Shown: piece after piece, positions 38,835-52,872 of the stretch | Layout of the letters: each line of letters starts with the position of its first letter | Numbering within the stretch: position 1 is the stretch's first letter | The notes under the pieces: generated by a model | What the model saw: the letters and a program-made list of their open reading frames with translations, nothing else | Database searches by the model: none | What the model was told of the DNA's origin: nothing | NCBI RefSeq assembly: GCF_004010195.1 | Contig: NC_057720.1 | Location: 22,589,499 to 22,653,498, forward strand | Length of the DNA: 64,000 bases | Source: Chiloscyllium plagiosum | Lineage: Eukaryota | Direction: 5' to 3' | Program-made: the position numbers and the translations under genes

Positions 38835-40600
38835 CATGCCCCTCAATTCCGTTAAAATTTTGTCTGTCTCAGCTTTCAATATACATAGTAACATCCAGCC
38901 TCTACAGCCCTCTGTTGTAAATAGTTACACAAAGTCACTGCATTCTGAGAGAAGAAATTCCTCTTCATCTCTATCTTAACTGGACAGCTCTTATCCCTGA
39001 AATCATGCCCTTTGGTCCTTTACTCTTATAAAGTCATAGCTATACAGCATAGAAACAGACTCTTCCATCTGACCCTTCAGTGTGCGCCAGATATCTGAAT
39101 CTGACCTAGCTCCATTTAGCATTTAGCTCACATCCCTTTAAGACCTTCCAATTCATACACCATCCAGATGTCTTTTAAATGTTGTAATTGTACCAGTCTT
39201 CACCACTGCCTCTGGCTGCTCATTCCATACACGCACCACACTCTGCATGGAAAAAGTTATCCCTCATGTCCTTTCTAAATCTTACCCCTCTCATCTTTAA
39301 ACCAAAGCCCTCTCGTTTTGGACTCCTCCACCCTCGGAAAAAGACCTTGAACAGCCGCAACGTGACATCTCAACTCCTATAGTCAATATTCTGACCAATG
39401 AAAGCAAGTGTGCCAAATGACTTCTTCACAACCCCACCTACCTGTGACTCCACTTTCAAGGAACTATGCACTTGCATCCAACATCTCTATATGCAGAAAT
39501 ACTCTCCATGTCTCTACCATTAGGTGAATAAGTCCTCCTCTGGTTGGTCTTACCAAAATGTAACACTTCTCCTTTATCTAAATTAAACTCCATCTGCTAC
39601 TCCTCAGGCCATTGGCCCAACTGATCAAGATCCTGTTGTACCTTGCGATAATCTTCTTCACTGTCCAGTACACCACCTATTTCAGTTTCATCTGCAAACT
39701 TACTAACCATTCCTCCTCGGGTGATATCCAAATCATTTATACAAATGCAAAAAACAGTGGACCCAGCACCAATCCTTGTGGTACACCGATGGTCATAGGC
39801 TTCCAGTCTGAACAACCATCCTCTACCACCACCCTCTCTCTCCTACTTTCAAGCCAATTTTGAATTAAAATTCAAAATTGTCTCCTCAGGGGAAACAACC
39901 TTTAAGAATCTACCTTATCAAAACCCCTAAGAATCTATATGCTTTGCTAAGGATCTCCTGTCATTCTTCTAAATTCCATTCAGTACAGGCTCAATCTGTC
40001 CAAGCTCTCTTCGTAATTCAGTCTCTCTATACCCAGGATTGACCAAGTTTGCCATCTGTGAACTGTCTCCAATGCCAGTATATTTTCATTAGACAAGCGA
40101 ACCAAAACTGTTCATAATACTTTGGGCACGATATAACTAGTACCTTGTAAAACTTTAGCAATAATTCCCTATTTTGTTTTACTCCATTCTGTTTGAAATG
40201 AAGGCCAATTAAAGAACCAAAACATTTTCACACAGGGAGTAGTTAGGATATGGTATGAGCTGCCTAAAAATGTGGTGGAGGCACATTCAACTGAGGCATT
40301 CAAAAGGGCATTGAATGATTGTTTGGATAGAAATGATATGCAGAGATATGGGGGAAAGTCAGGAAATTGGCACTAGGTAACAGAACTGGTGCAAGCACAA
40401 TGGGCTTATGGCGTGCTGCTGTCCTATATAAAGGTAAGCTTGTGATCCCATTTGCCTTCCACATTGCTGAACCAGTGTGTTACCTTTTTAGGGTATTTCA
40501 GGCACGACAATACTCAAATCTCTGCAACCTTTCTCCATTTATATAAAATTCAGTCAAACTATTTTTCCTGGCAAAGTGCCAAACCTCACATTTCCTCACT
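38835..40600 (-). mobile_element. Mosaic of CR1 fragments, mainly minus strand
   Basis: INDLDITRGGMVSKFADETEIGG...QQDLDQLGQW (RT motif). Confidence 0.75.
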
Positions 40601-42310
40601 TAAATAGATGGATAATTTGTCTAGAAAAGAGTAGAAAAGGAAAAGAAAAAAAACTGAGAAAGTGGACTTGAGGCATAATTTTAACCATGAACATGCTTAA
40701 ATAGTAGAATAGACCTGAGGTACTATGTAGAATACTGCTCCTATTTCTTCAAACAGTGCTTTAGGAACTTTCACACCTACCTGAGAGAACAGATGGGGCT
40801 TCAGCTTGAAGCCTTTCTCACTGTCACCTCTGTCTGTGGAACATTTGCTGAGCACCACACTGAAGTGCAGTTTCTAGGTTACTTTTAAGTGAATCCACAA
40901 GCTCGTGACTTGGAGTAAGAGTACTTCTAAATGGCTGACACTGCTTGTAGTTACAAAATGGGAATAGGACTAGCATCACTGCAACACCAAATAAATACAC
41001 TTTTGGCCTAGTTTGGGTTTGATAACTTGTCTTCTAAAAACAGTTACAATACATTAATGGTTAATAGTCAACAGCAACCAAAGTCTTTTATCAATATTAA
41101 CATTACAAATTTAATTCCGTTGTCTAAAAAGCTGTAGGAAAAAATATAGAGACTTAAATACGGCAATTTGTTCACAATTGCCATCCTGTTAATTTCCAAA
41201 ATAGTTAAGTTATTCAACATTCAGGAAGTCCCAACAACAGTTTGAAAGTATTTAGGTTCCTGGCATGGTCTGAGTTACTCAAGAGAATAATTTAAAGTCC
41301 TATTAGCTCTTATCGTGTTAGGAAATATAACACATCAATATTTTTCTTTTCTCTACTTCCAATGAATGTCTCTTTAATGATTTAAATTGTAGAACTGGAA
41401 AGTATAGTAATGCAAAATGCTCCCTGATGGAACGAATGTTCTATCCTGATTTTTGAAGCCAAGTATGGAGATAATGAAAAAAATGACTATCAGGTAAATT
41501 TATATAGAATCTAGATAGAAATCTATAGGTAAATTCATACAGAAATCAGAGCATTTAATGAAACTCCCACACAAGTTCACATGTGAGCATATTGACCTAG
41601 GAGGTTGGCCAAAAATCTGGCTCTCAGCCCAAGTGTGCAATGCTTGCTCTCCTTTTTCATATCGGTAACACAGACCATACTTGCCAGAAATCCAACCCTA
41701 CTATCTGCTGAAGTATAATTTTCAAGTAATGTTGTTGGATTGACTCAAAATGAGGGATCATCAGAATTAGTTCACAATCAATCAGAGACCATTCACCCTG
41801 TCACATCTCCTAACAAGTGGAACATTGTAAAAGTCCACTTGTAAGGTAAGGCACTCAAATCCAGAAGATATGCTCAAGCCCATTGACAAGTTAGACTATC
41901 AGTACTAGACCTGAAAAAGTACCTGGCGCCCACATTTAAGAATAGAACAATATTGATTCACACGACATTAATATTTGAAATGAAAACAGAAAGTGCTGGA
42001 GAAATTCAGCAGGTCTGGCAGAACTTCAGAAGAGCTCTGAAGAAGTGTAATATTGGACTAAGAATGTTAACAGTCTCCATACTGGCTGTCAGACCTATTG
42101 AGATTCTCCACCACATTCTGCTTTTCTTTCAAAGTTCCAGCAGGTGCAGCAGATTGCTTTTATAGCCATTAAAATTTGATTCTTTATACTCATGTACATG
42201 CATGTTATAATCCAATTACAGTGTATTAAAATTATTATGTCATACAAGTTGGGATAAAATGAGCTGGGTATTTCAAGGTCCTAAGAGTAAAAGCAAAACT
42301 GAAGTCACCA

Positions 42311-42462
42311 AGAGATCAAGGAGTGTGGTGCTGGAAAAACACAGCAGGTCAGACAGCATCCGTGAAGCAGGAGAGTCGATGTTTCGGGCATAAGCCCTTC
42401 ATCAGGAATGTGATTGATGAAGGGCTTATGCCCAAAACATTGACTCTCCTGCTCCTCTGTGC
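42311..42462. mobile_element. Fold-back Penelope-derived element, family A, fused to a CR1 tail fragment
   Basis: Inverted arms around ttcatcaggaatgtgattgatgaa, followed by gctgtacatctctatg (CR1 3' tail). Confidence 0.75.
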
Positions 42463-43493
42463 TGTACATCTCTATGCCTCTCTGACTTCAATACATATCT
42501 AATTTATTAACTCAATCTACTTAATACATATTCAAATAAATAAGTGAATTTATTTGCTTAAACTACTTTGTATCTACACACATGAATGAGTCTCACTGCC
42601 TTGTCTTGGATGGCTGGCATTTGGAGCTCTCTCTCAGGTTTCAGAGCACTGGTCTCATGAACACCAGTCCAATGGTGCATATGAATGGCCGCAGTCTCAC
42701 AAACACAGTTCAATGGGGAAATTGCTCTCCCCTAATTAATACTGTTCTGAATCTGATATCATGTGCTGCATTGCCTTTGCTGGGCACTTTCCCAAGTACT
42801 CCTCTGTGCTTGGTGGTCACAAACAAATCCAAGTGTTGCCGCAAATTAGCCTGCTCCCAAGTCAAGTCAAGGTCATTACTGTTACAGCCCAACCACAAAA
42901 GGCTGCTTTTACACAAAGCCAACTTTTCATATATTTTCCTTCAATTGTTTATTGCCATGTCCAATGAACCCTTAACAATTAACCCTTAATGAGCTGGTTT
43001 GGAGGTATCATTTTTGAACCAAGCACTACATTTCCCATGAATAGGTACACACATTACTGGAACAAATACCGATAAAATATGATTTCAGTCATGTTGAGAA
43101 ATAGGGAAATAAGTGCTACCAGTCAAGATTGAAAAAAGTACATTAAGTGCAGTAAAAGCACTGCCCTATTACTCTGTAATTTGCACTGAACTATTTTAAG
43201 GCTGTAGGCAATAGTTGCAGTGTCACGTTGGGAGTCTCACTGATGAAAGTATCATTCTGTCAGGACATTTAATCAATTTGAAGGAATCCAAAAGGGTTGA
43301 TATTGGATATAACTATACAATGATTGGCTGATGGTGTCGATTGCCTTTCTGAAATCCGCATTTTGCAAATTTGATTTTAATTGAGAATCATCCAGAAATA
43401 AAAAAAATCTTGCAGACAATTTTGATTCAGTAATGTCTAATGAGGCAGGTTTAATAAATGATCTCAGAGTAAAATATTCCCTGGAAAACAAAT

Positions 43494-43620
43494 GATTCCT
43501 GAAGAAGGGCTTATGCCCGAAACGTCGATTCTCCTGTTCCTTGGATGCTGCCTGACCTGCTGCGCTTTTCCAGCAACACATTTTCAGCTCTGATCTCCAG
43601 CATCTGCAGTCCTCACTTTC
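43494..43620 (+). mobile_element. Penelope pLTR fragment, family A
   Basis: ctgaagaagggcttatgcccgaaacgtc (43499-43526) through the terminal gcatctgcagtcctcacttt. Confidence 0.8.
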
Positions 43621-45540
43621 TCCTCTTGTGGGAGAATCTAAAACTAGGGGACACATTAAAAATGAGGAGTTACCTGTTTACGACAGAATATGGACTAATT
43701 CATATTCGTCTGTGGACTAAGAGTCTTTGGAATTCCCATCCTCAAAAGACAATGGATGCAAAATGTTTAACTATTTTTAAGGCACAGGTAGATAGGTTCT
43801 TGATCACCACGGAGATGAAAGATTATCAGGAATATGGAGGAACGTAAAGTTGAGGTTAAAATGTGATTGGCCATGATTTGAATGGCTGTGCATGCTCCAA
43901 GTGTTCAGGCACCCACTTTCGTTCCTTGTTCAAATGAAAAGGAAACTAATGGGGTTACATCTTAGGAAGGAAGTAGCCACAGAAATAGTGGATTCACTGA
44001 TAATAATCTTCCAAGAATCCTAAAATTTGGGAAAAATCCCAGAGGATTGAAAAATTACTTATGTAACATCCTTACTTAACAGGGAAACAGTCAAAAATCA
44101 GATAAATATACCAGTTAGCTTGCTGTCTGTTAAAACCGATTTATAAAGGATATAATAGTAGATCATTTGGAAATAAATAATTAAACGGACTCAGCATGGC
44201 TTCATAAAAGGGACATTATGCCATCCATATTTATGAGAATTCTTTGTGGACGTAACAAGCAGGATTGATAAAAGGGAATCAGTAGATGTAATATATCTTA
44301 GATTTCCAACAGGCATCGCATAATAGGCTACTTAATAAGGTAAGAGCCTATGGTGTTGGCAGTAGTATACATAGATAGAGGACTGTCTAGCTAATAGAAG
44401 GCAGAGGTTAGTGAAAACATTTTCAACATGACAACCTATAATTAGTGGAACATCACAGGAATTGGTGCTAGCTGAAATAGATTACAATGTATGATTGAGT
44501 TGGAAGAAGGAGCCGAATGTACTGTTGCCAAATTTGCAGGTGACAAAAAGTGGTCAGAAAGCAATGGTGAGGATGTGGAGGGATATAGGCAGATTGAAAG
44601 AATGGACAAAAACTGGCAATGGATGGAACATAAAATGGTAAAATGTGAAGTTATTCAGTTTGGAAAGAAGAATAGAATAGCTGAATATTATTTAAATGGA
44701 ACAAGACTCGAAAAAGCTACAACAGAGGTCTCATCCATGAATCACAAAAAAAATCACAAAAATGGAATTGGAATATTCACCTTTATTTCAGAGAGGATGG
44801 AATATGAAAATAAGGAAGTCTTGCTAAAACTATGCAAGACACTAGTTAGACTGCAGATGGAATACTGTGAATAATTTTGGTCCACTTATCTAAGGAAAGA
44901 TGTTAAAAATCACACAACACCAGGTTACAGTCCAACAGGTTTAATTTGAAGTACTAGCTTCCAATTAAACCTGTTGGACTATAACCTGGTGTTGTGTGAT
45001 TTTTAACTTTGTACACCTCGGTCCAACACCGGCATCTCCAAATCTGGAAAGATGTTGATATTGAGGCAATTCAGAGAAGGCTGGGCTTGGGAGAGTGGGG
45101 TTTCTTTATGAAGAGATTGAGTAGGTTGGGCCTGTACTCGTTGGAGTTTAGAAGAATGAGAAGTGACCTTTTTGAACATACAAAATTCTTAGGGAGCTTG
45201 ACAGGACAGATACTGAGAGGTTGCTTCCCCTTGTTAGAGAGTCTAGGAGCAGAGGCCATAATGTCAGAGTAAAGGGTCACATAATTAGAACAGAGATGAA
45301 GAGAAATTTCATTGCTCAGAGGATAGTGAATCTGTATAATTCTTTACCACAGAAGGTTGTCGAGGTTGGGTGTAAAGTATATTCAAGACAAACTTCTAAT
45401 CAGCAGCAGAATCAAAAGACAGGTGGAAAAGGTAAAAGAGTGGAGTTGAGGATTATCATATCAACCATAATCTCACTGAATGGTAGAACAATGCAAAGGG
45501 CCATACCACCTATTTCTGCTCATGTGTCTTATGGTCTTAT
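43620..45540 (+). mobile_element. CR1 ORF2 RT and 3' fragments
   Basis: ECTVAKFAGDKK, LLKLCKTLVRLQMEYC and LGLYSLEFRRMRSDL. Confidence 0.85.
44894..45056. mobile_element. Fold-back family B element lacking the ribozyme core, inserted in CR1 ORF2
   Basis: Inverted arms; 11-bp direct repeat ggaaagatgtt at 44894-44904 and 45046-45056. Confidence 0.8.
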
Positions 45541-47361
45541 GCAGAAACTTAAATTACTCTGTAATCCTTGATATCTGATATGTATCCTATGCTTGGCTAA
45601 ATTAAACATTGTATGGGGAATAATACAGCAAATTAATAAAGAATAAAAGATCTACTTTGTAAATTAGTTTGATTAGGGCTGGAAGGTTTTTTTAAAATTC
45701 CTTGGTTAAAAAAATCTCTTCCCTGCTGCCTCTTCCCTGCAAATTTATGGGTAATTTTTAAATTATGATCAAATGTACAAAAAAATCATGGAAATAAAAA
45801 TAAAAATAAAAATCCTGACTGAGCTCTAGAATACCAATGTTTAGCATCATATCAAAGGTTATAGATTCCTCTCAACAATTACCTAGTTTGCAAGGTGCTA
45901 ACAATTTTTTTCTGTTTTGTTCTGAAAACAAAGCTCTTGTTTATTTATGCAATTTAGAAAGAGTGAAGAAAGACATTGGCGGTGAAATACAAATCCATTG
46001 ATACCTCAAAATGATTCCCAACAAATTGCAACCAGTTATATGCCCTTCCAGATTTTCTTGAACATTGATGACAGGATGGAATGGAAGACGCGATGTCAGT
46101 TGTCTGTTTTGCTCTCAGGCTGAACTTAGATTTCACTGGTTCCCCCCCAGTAATGCTAAAAGCATCAGGCAAAGATTTACTATCTTCACGAAGAAAGGAT
46201 GAGGGTGATTAAACATTACACAATTAAAATAAATCATAAAAAGGGTGAAAAAAATCTTAATTTTCACATAGATGTACATGTTAACATATGTACTTACACG
46301 ATTGTATAACACTTTACAGATTGAGTTGTACGAAATGGTATTAAATGTAATTTGTAAAAGCCGATACTAAGCCTACCCACACTATTAATCTTATGGGCCA
46401 TTTATACTAGGCTTTATAATATAAAAGTAATGAGTCACATCACCAATAAAAAGAAATTGTTGGTACAAGCGACCTGCTGTAGTGCGTTTGGGTAAACAGC
46501 ATGAACATACAAAAGTCGTGTAACATCACTCTGGATGAACATTAGTTGCAAGAGGGGCAACGTGAACTTTCCAAAGAAACTTATTTTTATGTCGGTAAAG
46601 AGATAAAGGATTCCACAGTTCCTCAACTTAAAAAGTACATGAACCAATTCAACTCTAAATACGCGCAGACACATGGATTGCCAGGCAAGTAAAGGATGCA
46701 AAACAATCAGCATTACACCTCACTGGTATTGATTCAGCAGAGTTCCGTCTCAAATTAATATCTTCAATTCAATAACATCTTGTGAAAAAACCGTAACAAT
46801 AAACTAATTATTAAACATCATCTCATCCATTAAAGCAATGAGTATCATTTTTGCTAAATCGTTGAATGGCCTGCAAATCACTTTGATATTTGAGTTAAAA
46901 TATCATCCGCATGTATAAAAGTTTAATAAAAATAGGTATATTGCAGCTTAAATGTGAATAATCCCACTTTTATGAAATTTATGATTCAGAGCACTGAAAT
47001 TGATAAAATTTGCTCCAAAATCACTTCAGACTAGAATATTTCTAATACACAAAGAATTCCTGGGGTGAAGAAAGTGTCATCGTGCCAATCAGCAGTTGGG
47101 TTAAAATGATTGAATGCCTTTTAAGTGGTAGACAGGCTGGTAAAAAAAGGTTTTTTGTCTTGTGGAGGCAGGCAGCTGAAGTGAAAACATTATTTAAATT
47201 CTGATTGCACACACAAGCTGAACTAGCTGCATCCTTGCAACCTAAGCACAGCCCCAAGGGAAGATACTCTACTGACAAATTAATACCTTAGAGAAAAGAT
47301 CAGAATGGTGGCAATGAACTCATTTCTTCCTCCCAATAATAAAGAATGGCTTTTTCCTTTA

Positions 47362-47388
47362 CCAATCGGCGATTGTTGCCATGGCGAC
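47362..47388. promoter_or_regulatory. CCAAT plus near-perfect RFX X-box next to the DPYD exon donor
   Basis: ccaat at 47362-47366; gttgccatggcgac at 47375-47388, a 13/14 match to GTTGCCATGGCAAC. A second X-box-like site, gttgtcatggaaat, is at 47644-47657. Confidence 0.45.
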
Positions 47389-47397
47389 TTGGACTTA

Positions 47398-47538
<141 letters not shown>

Positions 47539-48159
47539 TTAAAACAGATCCCTTCTCTAGCAACATATTCTCTCAAGTGTTTCCGTTGCATAATCAAAAT
47601 TGACATTATAAACGTGCCAAAAGTCAATCTTATTCACAATGTGGTTGTCATGGAAATCTTATCACTAACTCACCATGTATGAGAGGAATGCATACAAGAA
47701 GACAGCCATGGATATCTGATTGCAAATATCTCATTTTATTACAAACCCTAATGTATGAAACATATAAAACTATTTACACCATGCTTACTTTTATTTAAAT
47801 TGTTTGTCTTCCCTAAGGCATTTGTCCACTAAGTTGGAAAACTAGCTGTTTCAGAGTCAGTGTTTGTACACTGGGAATAATGTAAATATCCCCAGGACAG
47901 AATGAATCAGAGAAATATAAAAGGTAAACAAAACTACGCAGACAATTTAAATGTTTATACTCATGTCTTGCATACTCTTGAGTATCAGAATAAGAGTGAG
48001 ATACTTTTAGAAGTGTCAGGGCTAAATATAGAGATGCTAATTTATTTATAATTGAATAAAAGGACAGAAAACAAAAACTACAAGAAGTGGGAAAAATTCA
48101 GCAGAACAGAATGCAAAACACGGAACTATAATCAAGAGTATAAAGAGTATGTACACAAT

Positions 48160-48455
48160 ATAGGTAATCTCTTCCAACCTCTTCTGTCAGGCAGAAGATA
48201 CAAAAGCTTGAACACACATATTAACAGATTCAAGGACAATTTCTTCCCTGCTGATATTAGGATTCTGAACGGACTTTTCAAATTTTTAATTTAATGTTGA
48301 TCTTGCTCTCTGTGCACCTCTTCTGCAGCCGTAATATTGTATTAGTAACTATGCTCAATTACCCTAATTCACTTTGTATGGTGTGATCTGCTTTGTACTG
48401 CAAGCAAAACAAAACTTTTCACTGTACCTAGATACACGGATCAAATCAAAATCAA
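48160..48455 (+). mobile_element. Rex1/Babar-type LINE 3' end
   Basis: GNLFQPLLSGRRYKSLNTHINRFKDNFFPADIRILN, then tail aaacttttcactgtacc...(atcaa)n. Confidence 0.8.
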
Positions 48456-49589
48456 ATTATTGAATGGTGGAGAAGGCAAAAAAAAGGAAAGAAATAGAAC
48501 ATTTAACAAAACATTTTAAAGCGGAATGTGAGGTTACAGCTGGGCCACAGTGAATTCAAAATAATTTGAGGATTATTCAGATTTATTGCATTGTGTCACA
48601 CCTCTTCGTGCACAATCACTCGTGAATGAGTTGTTGCATTTATTTGTATACAGCTGAATTACAATTTCCCTTGAATTGTGCATAGCAATCACAATGGCCT
48701 GCAGCATCTGGCTTATCAGTACATTCATAATAGAAAAATGCTTCCAATTTTATTTTCTTCAAGTTTACCAGAACATAAACCTGACTTCCATTAACCCAAG
48801 GAAGCTCTGAAAAAAGAAGCACATTTGCCATCTCTTTCTTCATTATTCACAGAAGGTCAGGTACAGCAGATGATTTGTCTTTTAGCAATTTGGAATTCAG
48901 AAAGAGTTCTGATGCAGTTTAGGGAAAATAAAGCAGGACTCAGTAGAAATATTTTATGAATGGATACCATTGTTATCCAGAGGATGAAACTCTGATCACA
49001 TATCTATGCTATTAGTTAGCACAGTGTACGTCCACCCTTGTAACAGTTTCTGTCACTATCTTTGTCTCAGCTTGGCTGTTGCTGAAACCTTGAGTTATTA
49101 CCTCCAGACTTGGCCATCATAATACAGTCATGGCTGCCTCCTGGTGTCCACATTGTTCCCACACCGAGAAGAGACAGGCCCAAAGAATGCTACCAAAACA
49201 TCCCTGCTGATCCAATTTCTGGCACCCCTGAGGAAATGAAGATCCTCACAGCTAAGAGGAAACCTGCTGGTGTGGCTCCCTGTTCCACGGAGGACACTTG
49301 ATTTCAGGATTTGTCTCAGTAGTCAGGTGGTGTGATTGCTAGGAGATGTGGCGGAACTTCGTCCTGACACCTACTAGCCAATCTCAGTGCTGCATGGCTG
49401 GAAATACACTTTGACTTTCATCACAGACCATTGTTGAATTATTGTGGTGAGGTAAGTGAGGATGGCTGGGGCTGGAAGTGAGGGGTGGGGAAGGGATGGC
49501 TCATAGGAGGGAAGTGGGTGCCTCTGACAGAAACCCCTCCCCATTTCCAATGCTAGACCCATTCAACTTCCTTTAATAAGGCAAAGGAT

Positions 49590-50425
49590 GTTGATGGGTG
49601 ACCTTATAAAGGTTTATAAAATCATGAGGTTGCAGATAAGATGAATAGCAAAGGTCTTTTTCCTGAGGGTGGGGGAGTTGGAACTAGGGGCATTTTTTAA
49701 AGTAAGAGGAAAAAGATTTAAAAGGGACTTGAGGGGCAACATTTTCATACAGGATGGTTCAAATATGGAATGAACTGCCAGAGGAAATAAAGTCAAAGAG
49801 TCATAGAGATGTACAGTACAGAAACAGACCGTTTGGTCCAACCTGTCCATGCCGACCAGATATCCCAACCCAATCTAGTCCCACCTGCCAGCACCCGGCC
49901 CATATCCCTCCAAACCCTTCCTATACATATACCCATCCAAATGCCTCTTAAATGTTGCAATTGTACCAGCCTCCACCACATTCTCTGGCCCAACCCTGGC
50001 AACATCCTTGTAAATGTTTTCTGAACCCTTTCAAGTTTCACAACATCTTTCCGATAGGAAGGAGACCAGAATTGCATGCAATATTCCAACAGTGGCCTAA
50101 CCAATGTCCTGTACAGCCGCAACATGACCTCCCAACTCCTGTACTCAATACTCTGACCAATAAAGGAAAGCATACCAAACGCCTTCTTCACTATCCTATC
50201 TACCTGCAACTCCATTTTCAAGGAGCTATGAACCTGCACTCCAAGGTCTCTTTGTTCAGTTACAACATTTAAAGGACATTTGGACAGGTACAAGAATAGA
50301 AAAGGTTTAGAGAGATATTGGCCAAATGCAGGCAAATGGGACTAATTCAATTTAGGAAACCTGGTCTACACAGACTAGTTGGACCAAAAAGTCTGTTTCC
50401 ATGCTATATGACTCTATGACTCTAT
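49590..50425. mobile_element. HER1-like CR1 3' end (+) with a nested, internally deleted minus-strand copy (~49797-50260)
   Basis: Minus ORF EQRDLGVQVHSSLK...LVRPLLEYCMQFWSPSYRKDVVKLERVQK; (ACTCTATG)n tails on both strands. Confidence 0.85.
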
Positions 50426-50969
50426 TGATGCCATTATTCCAACTACCTCCTTTCCACCCACCTCCCACCCAATCCAGCCCATTGGATTTGCTGTTTGGTC
50501 TTTTGTATGGCAAATTCACCACTCACTGTGAGTATAACCAGCATTCAATCAGGAATGCCAGCTGGAACCTTCTCTGCCCTGACTTAGTCGTGGTGAGATA
50601 AGAAGCCTTCCAGAAATTTCCCACTTGATCAAACGATTGCCTTGCCCCCCAAGCTTGCTGCTCCGAGCTGGTTATGGACATTAGGTTCTGCCCCATTCGC
50701 TGTTCATCCACCACCCTGTGCTCATTGCTCTCCATTGGCTCCCAGTGATTGTAAAATTCTCCTTTTTTTCAAGTCTCCTGAAGACCTTCCTCACTATTCT
50801 CTCACCCTGGTGGTCTCCAGCCCCCCAGGAGACATTATGTGCTAATCTAATTCTGGTTTCATGAGCATCCTTAATTTTAATTATCCCACCAGTAGAAGTC
50901 GCCAAGGCTCAATGCTTTGAAATCCCCTTGTTCCATCTCTCCACCTCTCTTTCATTCTTGCCTCCTTGA

Positions 50970-52160
50970 ATTTAATTAGCTTTATTGTCTGATGTACTCA
51001 AATGAGTACGCGAAAAGTTTATAAGTCGCCACTTACAGTGCCATATTGGGACAAAGGTGCCAAGGTCCAATCTTGAGTTATAGAATAGAGAAATGAAGAA
51101 ACAAAACATTACAACCATACACAGAATGACCATAGGCCAGAAAAACAAAAAGGAAAACTAAAAAGACAAACATCATTGTCTGTCTCCCAAGGTTCCCCAC
51201 AGCAGATCAATGTAGGGGGCCTCCAGCCGGCTGCTGACATGCTCCATGCCGGGCTGTTCACCCTGCTCCTACGCCAGGTCTCTGCCACCCGGCTCCTGCA
51301 CCGGTCTCTACTACCTCGCTCCTGAACCAGCTCTGTGCTACCACGCTCCTGCACCAGGTCTTTGTCATCACGCTCCTACACCAGGTCTCTGCCACCCGGC
51401 TCCTGAACCAGGTCTCTGTCACCATGCTCCTGAACCAGGTGTCTGCCTACACACTCCTACACCAGGTCTCTACCACCACGGTCCTGCACCAGGTCTCTGC
51501 CACCACGCTCCTGCACCAGGTCACTGCCACCACGCTCCTGCACCAGGTCACTGCCACCACACTCCTGCACCAGGTCTCTGCCACCATGCTCCTGCACTAG
51601 GTCTCTGCCACCATGCTCCTGCACCAGGTCTCTGCCACCACTCTCCTGCACCAGGTCACTGCCACCACACTCCTGCACCAGGTCACTGCCACCATGCTCC
51701 TGCACTAGGTCTCTGCCACCATGCTCCTGCACCAGGTCTCTGCCACCATGCTCCTGCACCAGGTCTCTGACACCACGCTCCTGCACTAGGTCACTGCCAG
51801 CCCAACCCTACACCAGGCCACTGTCACCACACCCCTGCACCAGGTCTCTGCCACCACACTCCTGCACTAGGTCTCTGCCACCACGCTCCTGCACCAGGTC
51901 ACTGCCAGCCCAACCCTACACCAGGTCTCTGCCACCACACTCCTGAACCAGGTCTCTGTCACGACACTCCTGAACCAGGTCTCTGCCACCCAGCTCCTGC
52001 ACCAGGTCTCTGCCACCACGCTCCTGCACCAGGTCTCTGTCATGACACTCCTGAACCAGGTCTCTGCCACCCCGCTCCTGCACCAGGTCACCGCCACCAC
52101 GTTCCTGCACCAGGCTACTAGCCCAGCTCCACACTGGGCTACTGCATTCAAGATGGCATC
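50970..52160 (-). mobile_element. Non-coding element with a Rex1-like 3' tail, containing the 27-bp minisatellite
   Basis: The minus-strand end aaacttttcgcgtactcatttgagtacatcagacaataaa resembles the Rex1 tail at 48410-48440. Related tails at ~17360-17405 and ~35820-35900. Confidence 0.5.
51265..52115. repeat. 27-bp minisatellite, about 31 units (ctcctgcaccaggtctctgccaccacg)
   Basis: Directly visible tandem array; it produces the repetitive CHHAPAPGL / RDLVQERGG ORFs. Confidence 0.95.
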
Positions 52161-52872
52161 TTAAAACCTACCTGTTCAGCTAAGCTTTTGGTCAGCTGTG
52201 CCAATTTCTCGTTCTGTTGCTCAATGTAAAACTTTGGTTTATAATGCTCCCGTGTCATGCCTTGGGATGTAAAAGTTGACACATAAATACACGTTGTTGC
52301 AAGTGTGCTAAGTGTCACAGTCACAGTGGTTGCACTTGCCGATGATGCAAACCTAGTGAAAGTGGTACATTGCAAAGCTGAGCAGGATAAACTGCAGGAG
52401 ATTTTGAATATGTTTTGCAAGTACACAAACAGGATGCAGAGGAAATGAAATGTGAAGAAGCGCAAAGTTCTCCACCATGGCCCAAACATATTTAAAGGAT
52501 ATGTTCAACTGTAAGGTATAACAGTGAGTCTTAACGAATGGATCATCAAGAATACACACCCAAAAATGAACTAAAACATGGAGATTTCAAGCTGAACGTG
52601 TGTAAAATGTGTGTGTTGACTGTTCTGAAGAGAGAACTGAAATGCTTGTTCATTTTAAAATACTAAAACAAGCACTTTACATTTTGATCAAGACTTGTCT
52701 GAATAAACACTAGTATTGCTGAGGTCAGTAGCAAGAGAAGGAGAGTGGGTTTGGGAGATTTTCGAAGGAATATTGCCCAGTACTTCTGTAGCTAGAGACA
52801 TGCCAAGGCCAATAGTTATGACTTCCAGAGGCTAGTCATCATTGCTCGAGGGTCAAAGACTCATCTAATCCC

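Noticed and set aside
45954..46190. Exon-like ORFs on both strands near DPYD exon 3
   Set aside because: No recognisable protein similarity and weak donors; more likely non-coding.
51265..52115. CRISPR-like repeat array
   Set aside because: Units are contiguous with no unique spacers, there are no cas genes, and the DNA is vertebrate.
51246..52151. Cys/His/Pro-rich 174-aa ORF (CHHAPAPGL)n and antisense (RDLVQERGG)n ORFs
   Set aside because: By-product of a stop-poor 27-bp (9-codon) minisatellite. The frame breaks at indel units and there is no splice or promoter context.
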